In this document: in pieces, positions 26,074 through 37,170 of the stretch | Layout of the letters: every line of letters begins with the position of its first letter | Numbering within the stretch: the first letter of the stretch is position 1 | Assembly: GCA_030390025.1 (NCBI GenBank) | Contig: CM059432.1 | Location: forward strand, 20,524,001 to 20,588,000 | From: Squalus acanthias | Lineage: Eukaryota | DNA: 64,000 nucleotides | Direction: 5' to 3' | Made by a program: the position numbers and the translations under genes | The notes under the pieces: generated by a model | The model's database searches: none | What the model was told of the DNA's origin: nothing | Seen by the model: only the letters and a program-made list of their open reading frames with translations

Positions 26074-27417
26074 CCCATCGCCCCTGGTGCTCGCTGAGCT
26101 ACATTGGCTCCCGGTTAAGCAACGCCTCGATTTAAAAATTCTCATCCTTATTTTCAAATCTCCCCATGGCCTCGCCTCTCCCTATCTGTAATCTCCTCCA
26201 GCATCACAACCCTCCGAGATATCTGCGCTCTTAAGCATCCCTGATTTTAATCGCTCAACCATTGGTGGCCGTGCCTTCAGCTGCCAAAGCCCTAAGCTCT
26301 GGAATTCCCTCCCTAAGCCTCTCCTCCTCTCTACCTCTATTTCCTCCTTTAAGATGCTCCTTAAAACCTGCCTCTCTGACCAAGCTTTTGGTCATCTGTC
26401 CTAATATCTCCTTGTGTGGCTCAGTGTCAAATTTTGTTTTATAACACTCCTGTGCAGCGCCTTGGGACATTTTACTACGTTAAAGGCACTATTTAAATCA
26501 AAGTTTTTGTTGTTGTTGTTGTACACACAAATCTAGGTCATTAATATATATCAAAAGGAGCAGTGGTCACAATACCGACCCCTGGTAAACACCACTTTAT
26601 ACTTCTCTCCAGTCTGAAAAACAACCGTTCACCACTGCTCTCTCCTTTCTGTCCCTTAGCCAATTTTGTACCCATGCTGCCACTGTCCATTTAATCTCAT
26701 GAGTTTTAATTTTGCTAAAAAGTCTATTGTGTGGTACTTTGTCAAACACCTTTTGAAAGTCCATTTACACAACATCAACCACACTACCCTCATCAACCCT
26801 CTCCGTTACTTTATCAAAGAACTCGATCAAGTTAGTCAAACATGATTTGCCTTTAACAAATCCGTGCTGACTTTCATTTATTAGCCCATACTTTTCCAAA
26901 TGCCGAATAATTTTGTCCTGGATTATTGTCTCTAAAAGTTCCTCCACCACTGACGTTAGGCTGATTAGCCTATAGTTGCCGGGTTTATCCCTCTCCCCTT
27001 TTTTGCAATCCTCCAGTTCTCTGGCACCACGCCCAAATCCAAGCAGGATTGGATGATTATGGCCCGAGCCTCCGCAATTTCCACCCTTACTTACCTCAGT
27101 AATCTAGGAGGCATTCCATCCGGACTGGGTGACTATTCTAATTTGAGGACTGACAACCTTTAAAGTAAATCCTCTTTATCTATTCTTATCCTATCCAATA
27201 TTGCTACTGCCTCCTCCTTTACTGCTACATTGGCAGCATCCTCTTCTCTAGTGAAGACAGATGCAAAGTACAAATTTAGTACCTCAGCTATGCCCTCTGC
27301 CTCTACAAGTAGGTCTTTTTGGTCTCTAATTGGTCCCACCCTTCATTTGGCTACCCTTTTATTATTTAAGTGTTTATAAAAGACTTTTGAATTCCTTTTT
27401 ATGTTAGCCGTTCATCG

Positions 27418-27805
27418 TAAGAACATAAGAAATAGGAGCAGGAGTAGGCCATTCAGTAAGATCATTCTTCTACCTCAATTTCACCTTCCCGCACTTTCCC
27501 CATATCCCTTGGTTTCCTTAGTATCCAAAAATCTATTGATCTCTATCTTGAATACACTCAACGACCGAGCCTCCACAGCCCTCTGGGGTAGAGAATTCCA
27601 AAGATTCCTACAACCCTTTGTGTGAAGAAATTTCTCCTCATCTCAGTCCTAAATGGCTGACCCCTTATTTTGAGACTGTGACTGCCATTTATAGACTCTC
27701 CAGCCAGGGGAAACATTCAGCATATACCCCGTCAAGCTCCTTAAGAATTTTATACGTTTTGATGAGATCACCTCTCATACTTTTAAACTCTAGGGAATAA
27801 ACATC
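27418..27805 (-). mobile_element. CR1 3' end inserted in the older CR1
   Basis: (AAGAACAT) tail, AGGAGCAGGAGTAGGCC hairpin, reverse of EFKSMRGDLIKTYKIL. Confidence 0.85.
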
Positions 27806-28210
27806 TAGTCTACTCTACTCTCAATCTATTCTCCTACACTCTCTTTGCCCCTCTTATTTCCTTTTATAGATCTCCTCTGTACTTTCCATATTCAGCTTGG
27901 TTCTCTACTGTATTAGGATCCTTCCAATTGTCCTAAGCCTTCTTTTTCTGTCTCATTTTAACCTCTATATCTTTAGTCATCCAGGAAGCTCTAGCTTTGG
28001 ATGCGCTTCCTTTCCCCCTCATGGGAATGTGTGTGCTCTGTACCCAAACCAACTCATCTTTGAAGGCCTCCCATTGTTCAATTACTGTTTTGCCTACCAA
28101 TTTTTGATTCCAATCCACCTGGGCCAGAGTTAGCTCTCCTCCGGTTAAGTATTTTTACGCTTGACTGTCCTTTGTCCTTTTCCATAATTATTCTAAACCT
28201 GATGATAATT

Positions 28211-28975
28211 GGGCCAGAAATTCGGCTTTCTGGCTTCCTGCGGGTGCAAGCATCGCGCGCGTACTTGCCTGCCGTGCCTGCAGTTGTGCTTTGGGCCCAC
28301 GAGGACTTCGGGTCCTGGGCCTCCTCCAGCTGCCGGCGCGCAGTGCTTGCGTATCCAGGGGCGCAGTTAGTTCGAAGTGTCCCCTGGGATCACGTGGGCC
28401 ATGGAGAGCCAATCCTAGCAGGGCATTTTCATTCATAGATTTGACAGGAAGACCTGTCAAATCTATGAATAGAGATCGGCCCCAAAACCACACTTAAACT
28501 TCAAATAAATTTTTAAAAAAACATCATATTTTTAAAATAACTATAAGTTACATAAATTAACTACTTTAAACAAAAATTACAATTTTTGAAAAAATTAATT
28601 ATACTTTTTAACGGTGCTAAAAAATAAACTTACCTTTCTTTAAAGTATCTAAAAAAGATAAACCTGTTGAAAAAGTGTTTAAATTGTAATTAATTAACCA
28701 CTTACCTTGTTAAAAACAGGCCTTGCGCCTCCTTTTTAAAAGTGCAGCTTCTCCATACTTACCTTCCTGGAGAAACCTGAAAAAAACCCCGAAGTTCGCT
28801 GCGTGCGCGCAGCCTCTCCCGCGCACGCATTCGACTTCTGAACCCCTCCCTTCAGGGGAACGGAAGTTCCGGTTTCCCGCACATGCGCAGTGCATGCAGG
28901 AAACTGGCACTTCAGGTGGCCTTACGGGTGAGTACACAGCACGTACTCACCCAACAAGAGCCGAATTTCTGGCCC
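28211..28975. mobile_element. PIF/Harbinger MITE
   Basis: Perfect 17-bp TIRs GGGCCAGAAATTCGGCT / AGCCGAATTTCTGGCCC with exact 3-bp TSD ATT. Confidence 0.92.
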
Positions 28976-29261
28976 ATTAATGATCACTGTTCCCCAAATG
29001 CTCTCCAAATGAAACATGCCCCACTTCATTCCCCAGAACTAGATCCAGCACTGCTTCCTTCCTCATTGGGCTGGAAACATACTGATCAAGAAAGGTCTGT
29101 TGTACACATTTCATGATTTCCTCCACCTCTTTACCCTTTACACGTTACTACCCCAGTCTATATTAGGATAAATGAAGTCCCCCATTATCGCTACTCTGTA
29201 GTTCTTGCATCTGAGGTTGCATGTTTTTTTTTTAACTAAAGCAGGGAGATAACATACATCC

Positions 29262-30658
29262 TGTAAGGTTTCCAAAATTTGAAAATCCCCAAAACCTAAG
29301 GAAAAAGGACTTTGGAACTACCCCAGAGTGATAAAAATGCATTTGGGCCTAACATAAGGAATTTAAGACCAAAACCAAGCTTTGGCATTTTAAAAGGACA
29401 TGTCTGGACATGTAAGGGAGAAAAGGCTGCACAGGACGTGGGATCAACCTCTGTAAATAGAAGTTTTGGGTATTGCATTGTCTGGGAATTGGGATGACCT
29501 CACTCAAGCCCCAGCAAGCATTTAACATTTGGACAATAGCCCCTGGGAGAAGGCAGCCCCACCCAAAACACAGACCCATCAAAACCATGCATAATTTGAA
29601 TAATTCAAGACACCTTTTGAATATCTCCAGGCACAAACAGGATGCCAGAAGCCTGTAAACAATAAAACATCTAGTACAGCGATTACTTCATCAAAAACCA
29701 ATCAGCCAGGTATCTATAGGGACAAGATTTGGCGCGTAGATTAAGGCCCTGCCTAAATGGGAGACATCGGAAGCCATCAGGACAATTTAACACCAAGTTA
29801 AACCCATCAAAACTTAACAAGCCCGCAAAACCAAGACAATGGAATGAACAGGCCTCAACTGAAACCTAAATCACTTCAACACGAAACTGATTTAGTAAGG
29901 GGTTTTGGCGCGAAAAAGACAAAGGGTCTGAACAGTGTAATTGAGGGCCTAAACCCCCAAGAAAGTCTCTCTCAGCTCTGTTCCAGTTGCAGCAAGTTCC
30001 AGCAAGTTCCAGCAAGACATTACCAGCCACACGACACGAGCAGGAGGAGGAGAGAAGCAGCAAGACCACAAGGCAGACCTGGGGCGAGATCGGAGGCAAG
30101 GACAGACTGGAGGCTGGGAGCGAGTCAGTATTGCTCAACCCACAGTCCAGCCCCAGAAGGTACCGCCCCGAGAAGCCTCCAACGCAACAAAACTCGACGA
30201 CCAGACCACCATCGCAGATTTCACAGACCGGTACCACGTGGGGACGGCAGGCCCCAAAGGACAAAAGAGAGTACCTCAAAATTGCAATCAACTTACCTGG
30301 CTGGATTTCGCACTGTCAAAACCCCTGTTTGGTGAGCATTATCCCTGATCTCCTGAAACCAAAACCTAGCTAGATAGTGGGATTTTTGGGAGGGATAAGG
30401 GTTTTTGTATATTGTCATTTTCCCTCGCCTGTACCGTGTGTTCCCCAACCTGTTTAAGTGTTAAGTGTGTTTTAAGTTTGTTACCTTTTTTTTTTCTTTT
30501 AATAAAAGTCAAAATTCTTTCATCGGAACCTGTTGTCTACTGCATCTTTATTCACAACCCCTAAATAAGTCCAAGGTCTGGAACCAGGGGCATGGGAGCG
30601 ATTCGAACCGCTCACCGAGTCAGAGGTGAGGCTGACCCCTACCACACCACCCCATACA
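29262..30658 (+). mobile_element. Probable solo LTR (~1.4 kb)
   Basis: Starts TGTAAGG and ends CCCATACA (TG...CA, short inverted ends); AATAAA at 30501 after a T-rich tract; TSD not clean. Confidence 0.5.
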
Positions 30659-30740
30659 TTCTTTCTTCCTGCAGTGTTCAGTGAGAATGAGTGACATGTA
30701 TTGGACAGATGTTAAACTTTTCTTTTCACATAATGACATA

Positions 30741-31198
30741 GGGCTGGATTTTGAATGACCCGTGGAGTCGGGTTTGGAGGCGTGTGGGGGGTTAAATTTG
30801 CGGGGTCGGGGGTCCCGACCCCATCCCGACTCCATCCCACCTCCACGCAATTTTGACAAAATCAGTCACGGGGTTCCCGACTCCGTCCCACCTCCAAGAG
30901 GCGGGAGAGGCCATTAAAGCCCTTAACAAGACCTAAATTGGCTCTGTAATGCCATTTTGAAACGTTTTCGCTAGTTTAACCCTTTTCCGACGTGAAATAT
31001 GCCTGATGTGAAACACGCCAGTGAAACCTGGCAGGAGCACAAGTGGATAGCTGACTATCAGCTGCAGGTCCACTATTACAACGGAGATGTGATCAAGGTA
31101 GTAGTAGTATTAGGTCTGAAAGTCGCCTCTGATGCTGCTGCATTGAATGTCTTCAGAGATTGCATGGCCTTTGCTGTGAGGACTTGGATGCAAAAAAT

Positions 31199-31230
<32 letters not shown>

Positions 31231-31510
31231 CATTTTGCATCCAGGTCCACAGCAAAAGCCAGGCAGGTCCTCTCTCACCATCATCCAGTCAGTCTCTGAC
31301 CTGCAATGCAGCAGCAATGATGACATCATCAGAGGCGACTTTCAGACTGAAACCACTAATTAGTTCATGGGTTCCCACATGCTGGAACTCAATTGCCCAA
31401 TTAAGTGAAAATTGCATCATTCATCCACATTAATCTGGAGTCGGGGGAGGGGGGGAACACAAAATACGGATGACACGACCCCAACCCGACCCCAAGACAA
31501 AATCCAGCCC
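30741..31510. mobile_element. PIF/Harbinger MITE
   Basis: TIRs GGGCTGGATTTTG / CAAAATCCAGCCC with exact 3-bp TSD ATA. Confidence 0.92.
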
Positions 31511-31901
31511 ATAGATTGGATATACTTGGCTCTAATCTTTTTCAGCACTGTAGTATAAACAAGATATGTCACTGTTAATGTAACCAGAAAAATAAATTCA
31601 CTGTTACAAGCTGAATTTCTTTAAGAAATGTGTTGCTGGGCTGAGCCATTCCTATGAAGACTCAGCTGGCCCAGCGTCAGCTGCGTTCAGGGAAACCAAT
31701 TTGTTAAAGAAGGCATGAAAACAAGCAGTAGGCCCCTTATTTTCATATGCAAAGGCCTAACACCTGTTTCAGACATGGGATCCGGATGCCGTTTTTGATG
31801 CCTATACCAATATGGCGGTCAGTGCACATCCGGCTCAGAATGCGCCTGCACCAACACCCGCCATATTGGATGTTTTGGCGCCTGATTTATGCCTGTAAAA
31901 T

Positions 31902-32465
31902 TTGACTATTCCAATGCTCTTCTGGTCCACCTCCCATCTTCCACCCTACATAAACATGAGCTCATCCAAAACTCTACTGCATATATCCTACCTCGCACCA
32001 AGTCCCGTTCACCCATCACTCCTGTGCTCGCTGACCGACATTATCTCCTGGTCTAGCAATGCCTCGATTTTAAAGTTCTCATCCTTGTTTTCAAATCCCC
32101 CCATGGCCTCGCCCCTCCCTATCTCTGTAACCTCCTCCAGCTCTTCAAGCCTTTGAGATCTCTGCGCTCTTCCAATTCTGTCCTCTTGTGCTTCCCTGAT
32201 TTTAATCGCTTCACCATTGATGGCCGTGCCTTCAGTTGCCTAGGCCCTAAGCACTGGAATTCCCTCCCTAAACATCTCCACCTCTCTCTCCTCCTTTAAG
32301 ATGCTCCTTAAAACCTACCTCTTTGTCCAAGCTCTTGGTCATCTGTCCTAATATGTCTTTATATGGCTCGGTGTCAAATTTTTGTCTGATAACCGTTCAG
32401 GTGAAGCATCTTGGGATGTTTTGCTATGTTAAAGGCACTATATAAATGCAAGTTGTTGTTGTTGT
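31902..32465 (+). mobile_element. L2 LINE 3' end
   Basis: TTGACTATTCCAATGCTCT...CTCCTTAAAACCTACCTCTTTG...TATATAAATGCAAG(TTG)n. Confidence 0.88.
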
Positions 32466-32729
32466 AAACGGGCGAATGATCATCATCGAATTTCATGGCC
32501 AAAGTGTCTACAGCTGAGGAACCATCATGTTCTACAAAGCATTCAATTCTTTTTATCTATACTGATATTTTTAAACTCTCAACCCCATTCATAACCAGTT
32601 ATTCACAAAACTCTTTTATGAAGGGCCTGACCAACTGCTTTACTTGAGAGTCTGTTATACATATCCTTTGCTATCAATAAAAGCCCTTCTAGTCTAAAGT
32701 CTTGCATGAAACAGTTTAACTTTGATTTT

Positions 32730-33462
32730 CAAATTCTCACCCCTGCCTCCATCTTTCTCTCCAGCCATTGTCTCGGGTTCAACCAGGCTGGTCAGAACAT
32801 TGGGGGCTTGTTTAACCCTAATCCAGGCTTCCAACCCCATATCGTCTTTATCACAAAAACTGTCTATTTCCACCCCCATAACATCACCTATCTCTGCCTC
32901 AGCCCATCTGCTGATGAAACCCCCAATCCATGCGTTTGTCATTTCCAGCCTCAATGACTCCAATGTTCTCCTGGCAAGTTTCTCATCCTTCAACCTTTGT
33001 AAACTTCAGCTCATCCAAAACTCTGCTGCCCATATCCTATCCCACACCAAGCTCGCTTATTCATCACCCCTGCCCTTGCAGATATACATTGGCTCCCAGT
33101 CTCCAACATCTCAAATTAAACATTTTCATCCTTATATTTAAATTCCTTCTTGACCTGACCCTTCCTTATCTCTGTAACCTCCTTAACTCTCAATTCCTTT
33201 GACTGTGGCATTTTGTACATTCCTTCACCCCACCATTGGCAGCAATGTCTTCAGCAGCCTAGGCTCCATGTTCTAGAATGCCCTCCCTAAACCCCTCCAC
33301 CTCATTAAAGACCCTTCTTAACCACTTTGAACATGTTTTTGGGCACCCATCCTACGACCTCCTTCTTTGGCTTGCCATCTATATTTTTCCTGACACATCT
33401 GTGAAATGTCTTGGGATGTTTACCTATGTTAAAGGTGCTATATCAATGCCAGTTGTTGTTGC
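32730..33462 (+). mobile_element. L2 LINE 3' end
   Basis: IHAFVISSLNDSNVLLA...LQLIQNSAAHIL; L2 3' UTR and (TTG)n tail. Confidence 0.85.
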
Positions 33463-33629
33463 TGATATTTCTGCTCTCATTCTGGTTACTTTCTCCAAAG
33501 CAGCAATGTCTGTTTGAATTGAGGGCGTCTCAAACATACACACAATATCCCCAGAATTCTTCAGTTGGGGAATGACTTAATTTGGTAATTATGCCTTAAT
33601 AGGTTAAGGAATTTTTGATGGGGCTGATG

Positions 33630-34330
33630 TTCATCAACCCCCCTTTCCTCTCCAAAGTCCTTGAAAGTGTTGTCACCCAAGTCCGTGCTCGCCTTTCCCA
33701 TAACTCCACGCTTGAAACCTTCCAATCAGGTTTCTGCCCCTGCCACAGCACTGAAATGGCCCTTTTCAAAGTCACAAATGGTATCCTATGTGACTGTGAC
33801 CATGCTAAACTATCCCTCCTCATCCTGCTCTACCTGTCTGCAACTTTTGACACGATTGACCACACTATCCTCCTCCAATGCCTCTTCTCTGTTGTCCAGC
33901 TGGGTGGTACTGCCCTTGCCTGGTTCCATCCCTATCTATCCACACAGCCAGCGAATCACCTGCAATGGCTTATTTTCCCGCTCCTGCGCCCACACTGTTA
34001 CCTCTGGAGCCCCCCCCAAGGATCTACCTTGGCCCCCTCCCATTTCTTATCTATATACTGCCTCTCGGCGACATCATCTGAAAACACAATGTCAGGTTTC
34101 ACATGTATGTGGACGACACCCAGCTGTATCTCACCAACACCTAAACTGACCCCTTCACTGCCTCTGATTTGTCATGCTGCTCGTCCGACATCCAGTACGA
34201 GATGAGCAGAAATTTCATTCAATTAAATAGTGGGAAGAAAGAAGCCATTGTCTTTGGCCCCGCCACAAACTCTGTTCCCTAGCAACTGACTCCATTGCTC
34301 CCCCTGGCCACTGTCTGAGGCTGAACCATA
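33630..34330 (+). mobile_element. L2 LINE RT fragment
   Basis: PFLSKVLESVV, FQSGFCPCHSTEMAL, LSATFDTIDH, PQGSTLAP. Confidence 0.88.
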
Positions 34331-34439
34331 ACTCTTCCTATGAAGAACAGATAGCAGGTGCAGTGCTTAGACATCCATTTTACGCCTGTAAAACAGGTGT
34401 GGCGCCAACAAATTTCTTGGCTGTCATCTTTTACAGAAA

Positions 34440-34632
34440 AATGCAGCAGGGGTTACTGGACAGAGATCAGGAGAGAGAATGCAGGATGATTTTTCTTCGT
34501 CTAGCCCAGGGACACTGAGGCCAATTGTTCAAAAGGAGATCGACTAACTCAGCAGGGTCTCATGATCAAACCCAGCACCTTCCTGATCTGTATGGCACTA
34601 CTCAGTCACCCACTAAGCCATCAGGAGAGCCC
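34440..34632 (-). mobile_element. Ancient tRNA SINE resembling MamSINE1
   Basis: Reverse strand GATGGCTTAGTGGG...CCATACAGATCAGGAAGGT...GCTGAGTTAG...CAATTGGCCTCAGTGTCCCTGGGCTAG...CCAGTAACCCCTGCTG; family name from memory. Confidence 0.55.
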
Positions 34633-35677
34633 CAATCTTATTCTGTATCATTAAAAACAACAGCTGGAAGTGACTGTGATTGATGTCATCATATAAATGC
34701 TTAGCATGATTGTATCAAATTCCTCTCTCTCTGCGATTTTCGTGGAGGTGTTGACCTACTTAAGATAAATGGGTAACACCTCTGTTCAAATAGTGGAGCG
34801 AGGAATTTGATATGAGCGTATAAAGTGTTCGTTTAGTAACGTCGGCAGTGGTCATTCCTAAGCTAATGTTGACTTTATACGAATTCACCTCTGTTAATAA
34901 TTGTGATTTGTTTTCTGGTTGTTTTTGAAAAATTAGATTTTGAAAATGGATTGGGTTTGGAATGGTACAAGTGAATGAACATCACCAGCAGGGGTCTAAG
35001 AAGAAAGAACACTTATACCTAAACAGTGGAAGGGAGGTGGGGGAATGCAATAAAATGAAGACTGAATTATAATTACAGAGAAATAAAATACACTGTTTTC
35101 ACATTTTATATCTTTCCATGAAACATATTGGCCCAGAAATTAAACATGGATGATTCCCGCGGGGGTAAGGATTCCCCGCGATATCGCACTCCGCGCCTAC
35201 CTTTTTGTTTGGGGCCCACACGAACTTTAGTTTCAGGCACTCTCCCTGTTGCAACCGTGCAGTGTGTGCGTATCCCAGAGGCGCAATTAGTTCGTGCGAG
35301 CTCTGGGATCACGTGATTCAGTTAGAGCCAATGGCAGCACACCATCTTTCATTCATAGTTTTGACAGGAAGACCTGTCAAAGCTATGAATACTACAAACC
35401 CCCAAAAGAACAGCTAAACCTCAATTAAATTTAAAAAAAAGCCATCACATTAATAAAAGCGGAAAAACTACGCCATGTTCTTCGCAGCCTTCAACATGTC
35501 ATCGATGACGACGAACACCTTGCTAAGGCCATCGCCACGCCTCCACTACTCGCCTTCAAGCAGCCGCCTAACCTCAAAAGTACCATCGTTCGCAGCAGAT
35601 TACCCATCTTTCAGGCGAACAGCAACCAAGACACCACACAACCCTGCCACGGCAACCTCTGCAAGACATGCCAAATC

Positions 35678-36067
35678 ATGGACACAGATACCATCATCAC
35701 ATGTGAGGACACTACCCACCAGGTACACGGTACATACTCATGTGACTCGGCCAACGTTGTCTACCTGATACGTTGCAGTAAAGGATGCTCCAGAGCATGG
35801 TACATCGGCGAGACCATGCAGACACTGAGACAACGTATGAACGGACACCGCGCAACAATCGCCAGGCAGGAGGGTTGCCTCCCAGTCGGGGAACACTTCA
35901 GCAGCCAGGGGCATTCAGCCTCGGATATGCGGGTAAGCGTTCTCCAAGGCGGCCTTCGAAATACACGACAGCGCAAAATCATAGAGCAGAAACTGATAGC
36001 CAAGTTCCGCACTCATGAGGAGGGCCTCAATCGCGATATCGGGTTCATGTCACGATACAGAACGTGA
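35678..36067 (+). CDS. Penelope GIY-YIG endonuclease domain (C-terminal part of a truncated ORF)
   Basis: YSCDSANVVYLIRC..C...YIGETMQTLRQRMNGH...PVGEHF...EQKLIAKFRT..EGLN. Confidence 0.85.
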   Translation: MDTDTIITCEDTTHQVHGTYSCDSANVVYLIRCSKGCSRAWYIGETMQTLRQRMNGHRATIARQEGCLPVGEHFSSQGHSASDMRVSVLQGGLRNTRQRKIIEQKLIAKFRTHEEGLNRDIGFMSRYRT

Positions 36068-36289
36068 CTTGACATCATGGCCGGTCTTCCCAGGTGTTTT
36101 TTTTTAAAAAAGGCTAACACAAGAACCTACACAGATTGACAGGATATGCAGCCAGCAGGTGGTTTGACACGTTGGACCCCCTGGGACACATCTCATTGTC
36201 TTGGCTATGCTCTTTGATGTGGGAAAGATTTGAATATATTTTGTCTGTGTTTAAATTGTGAATTCTGGGAGATTCTCTCACTGCTAAAC

Positions 36290-36328
36290 TTACCTGACGA
36301 AGGAGCGAACTGCTCCGAAAGCTTGTAA
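36290..36328 (+). ncRNA. Minimal type I hammerhead ribozyme, core intact
   Basis: Stem I TTAC/GTAA, CTGACGA, stem II GGAGC/GCTCC, GAAA, AAGCTT palindrome, CUU cleavage triplet. Confidence 0.85.
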
Positions 36329-36944
36329 AATTAAATAAATCTGTTGGACTATAACCTGGTGTTGTGCGACTTCTCATTTTTGTCCACCCCAGTCCAACGC
36401 CGGCATCTCCACATCATTAATAAAATAAGTATAGTTAAATAAATTAACCACTTTAAACAAAAAATTAAATTTTTGAAAAAATTTAAAATCTTTTTAAAAG
36501 TTATAAAAATAAACTTACCTCTCTTTAAAGTCTCTAAAAAAGATAAACCTGTTGAAAAAAATTTAAAATAACACTTAATTAACTACTTACCTTGTTAAAA
36601 GGGGGTCCTACGCCTGCTTTCTTTATGTGTAAAATCTTCACCACTTACCTGCGCATTCAAAGCTGAAAAAAAAACTAAGTGCACTGCGTGCGCACAGCCT
36701 GTAGCGCGCACGCGGTTCACTTAGGAACCGCCCCCTTTTCAATTCACGAAGTGCCGGTTTCCCGCGCATGCGCAGTGCATGCAGGAAACCGGCAATTCGG
36801 GATCTAATACGCGAGAGTACACAGTGCGTACTCTCGCGTATTAGGTTTAATTTTCGGGCCATTGTATAACTTCAGTGGTCTGACTTTCACAGTGATGGAG
36901 ACTTCAGTGTAATTGATTGCATTTTGTGTCACAAGGACAATTTT

Positions 36945-37170
36945 TTTCACAAGATAGATTTGGATGAAAAAAGCATTTGTTCTCGTCGGTCCAGAATGCC
37001 AGCCCATTACAGCATCTATTTGTTTCTTGAACGAGTGAAGTGTCCTGGCCTCAACCACTCTTGCCAACCTGTTCCGGTTGTTGATTGCCCAGAGTGTTCA
37101 GAATTATTTCCTGGTATCAATGCTCAGCTTGCTCTTCAAAACCTTGAACCTCCTGAACCTTTACTGTGAC
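36945..37170 (-). mobile_element. Old CR1 3' fragment
   Basis: Reverse strand ARVVEARTLHSFKKQID. Confidence 0.6.

Larger units (their letters stand above)
23132..26520 (+). mobile_element. L2-clade LINE RT/3' part interrupted by a CR1 and a hAT MITE
   Basis: CCAATCAGGTTTC...AGTCACAAATTACATCCT at 23146-23211 resumes at ~25074 (ATCCTATGTGACTGTG); MYADDTKLY, SRLDYSNALL; (TTG)n tail. Confidence 0.9.
26530..29210 (-). mobile_element. Decayed CR1 ORF2 (EN to RT) with nested insertions
   Basis: ESQHGFVKGKSCLTNLIEFF at 26765-26950; EQWEAFKDEL...ASWMTK at 27933-28118; IMGDFIYPNIDW near 29150-29190. Confidence 0.85.
35459..36414 (+). mobile_element. Penelope-like element, 5'-truncated
   Basis: GIY-YIG ORF, pLTR with hammerhead, 11-bp TSD CATTAATAAAA (35448-35458 / 36415-36425). 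Confidence 0.92.
35130..36860. mobile_element. PIF/Harbinger MITE (same family as 28211-28975) containing a Penelope insertion
   Basis: TIRs GGCCCAGAAATTAAAC / GTTTAATTTTCGGGCC, exact TSD ATT, shared internal hairpin TTCATAG..TTGACAGGAAGACCTGTCAAA.CTATGAA. Confidence 0.9.

Noticed and set aside
29844..30373. Overlapping ORFs of 128-163 aa
   Set aside because: Low-complexity, no recognisable domain, and inside a probable LTR
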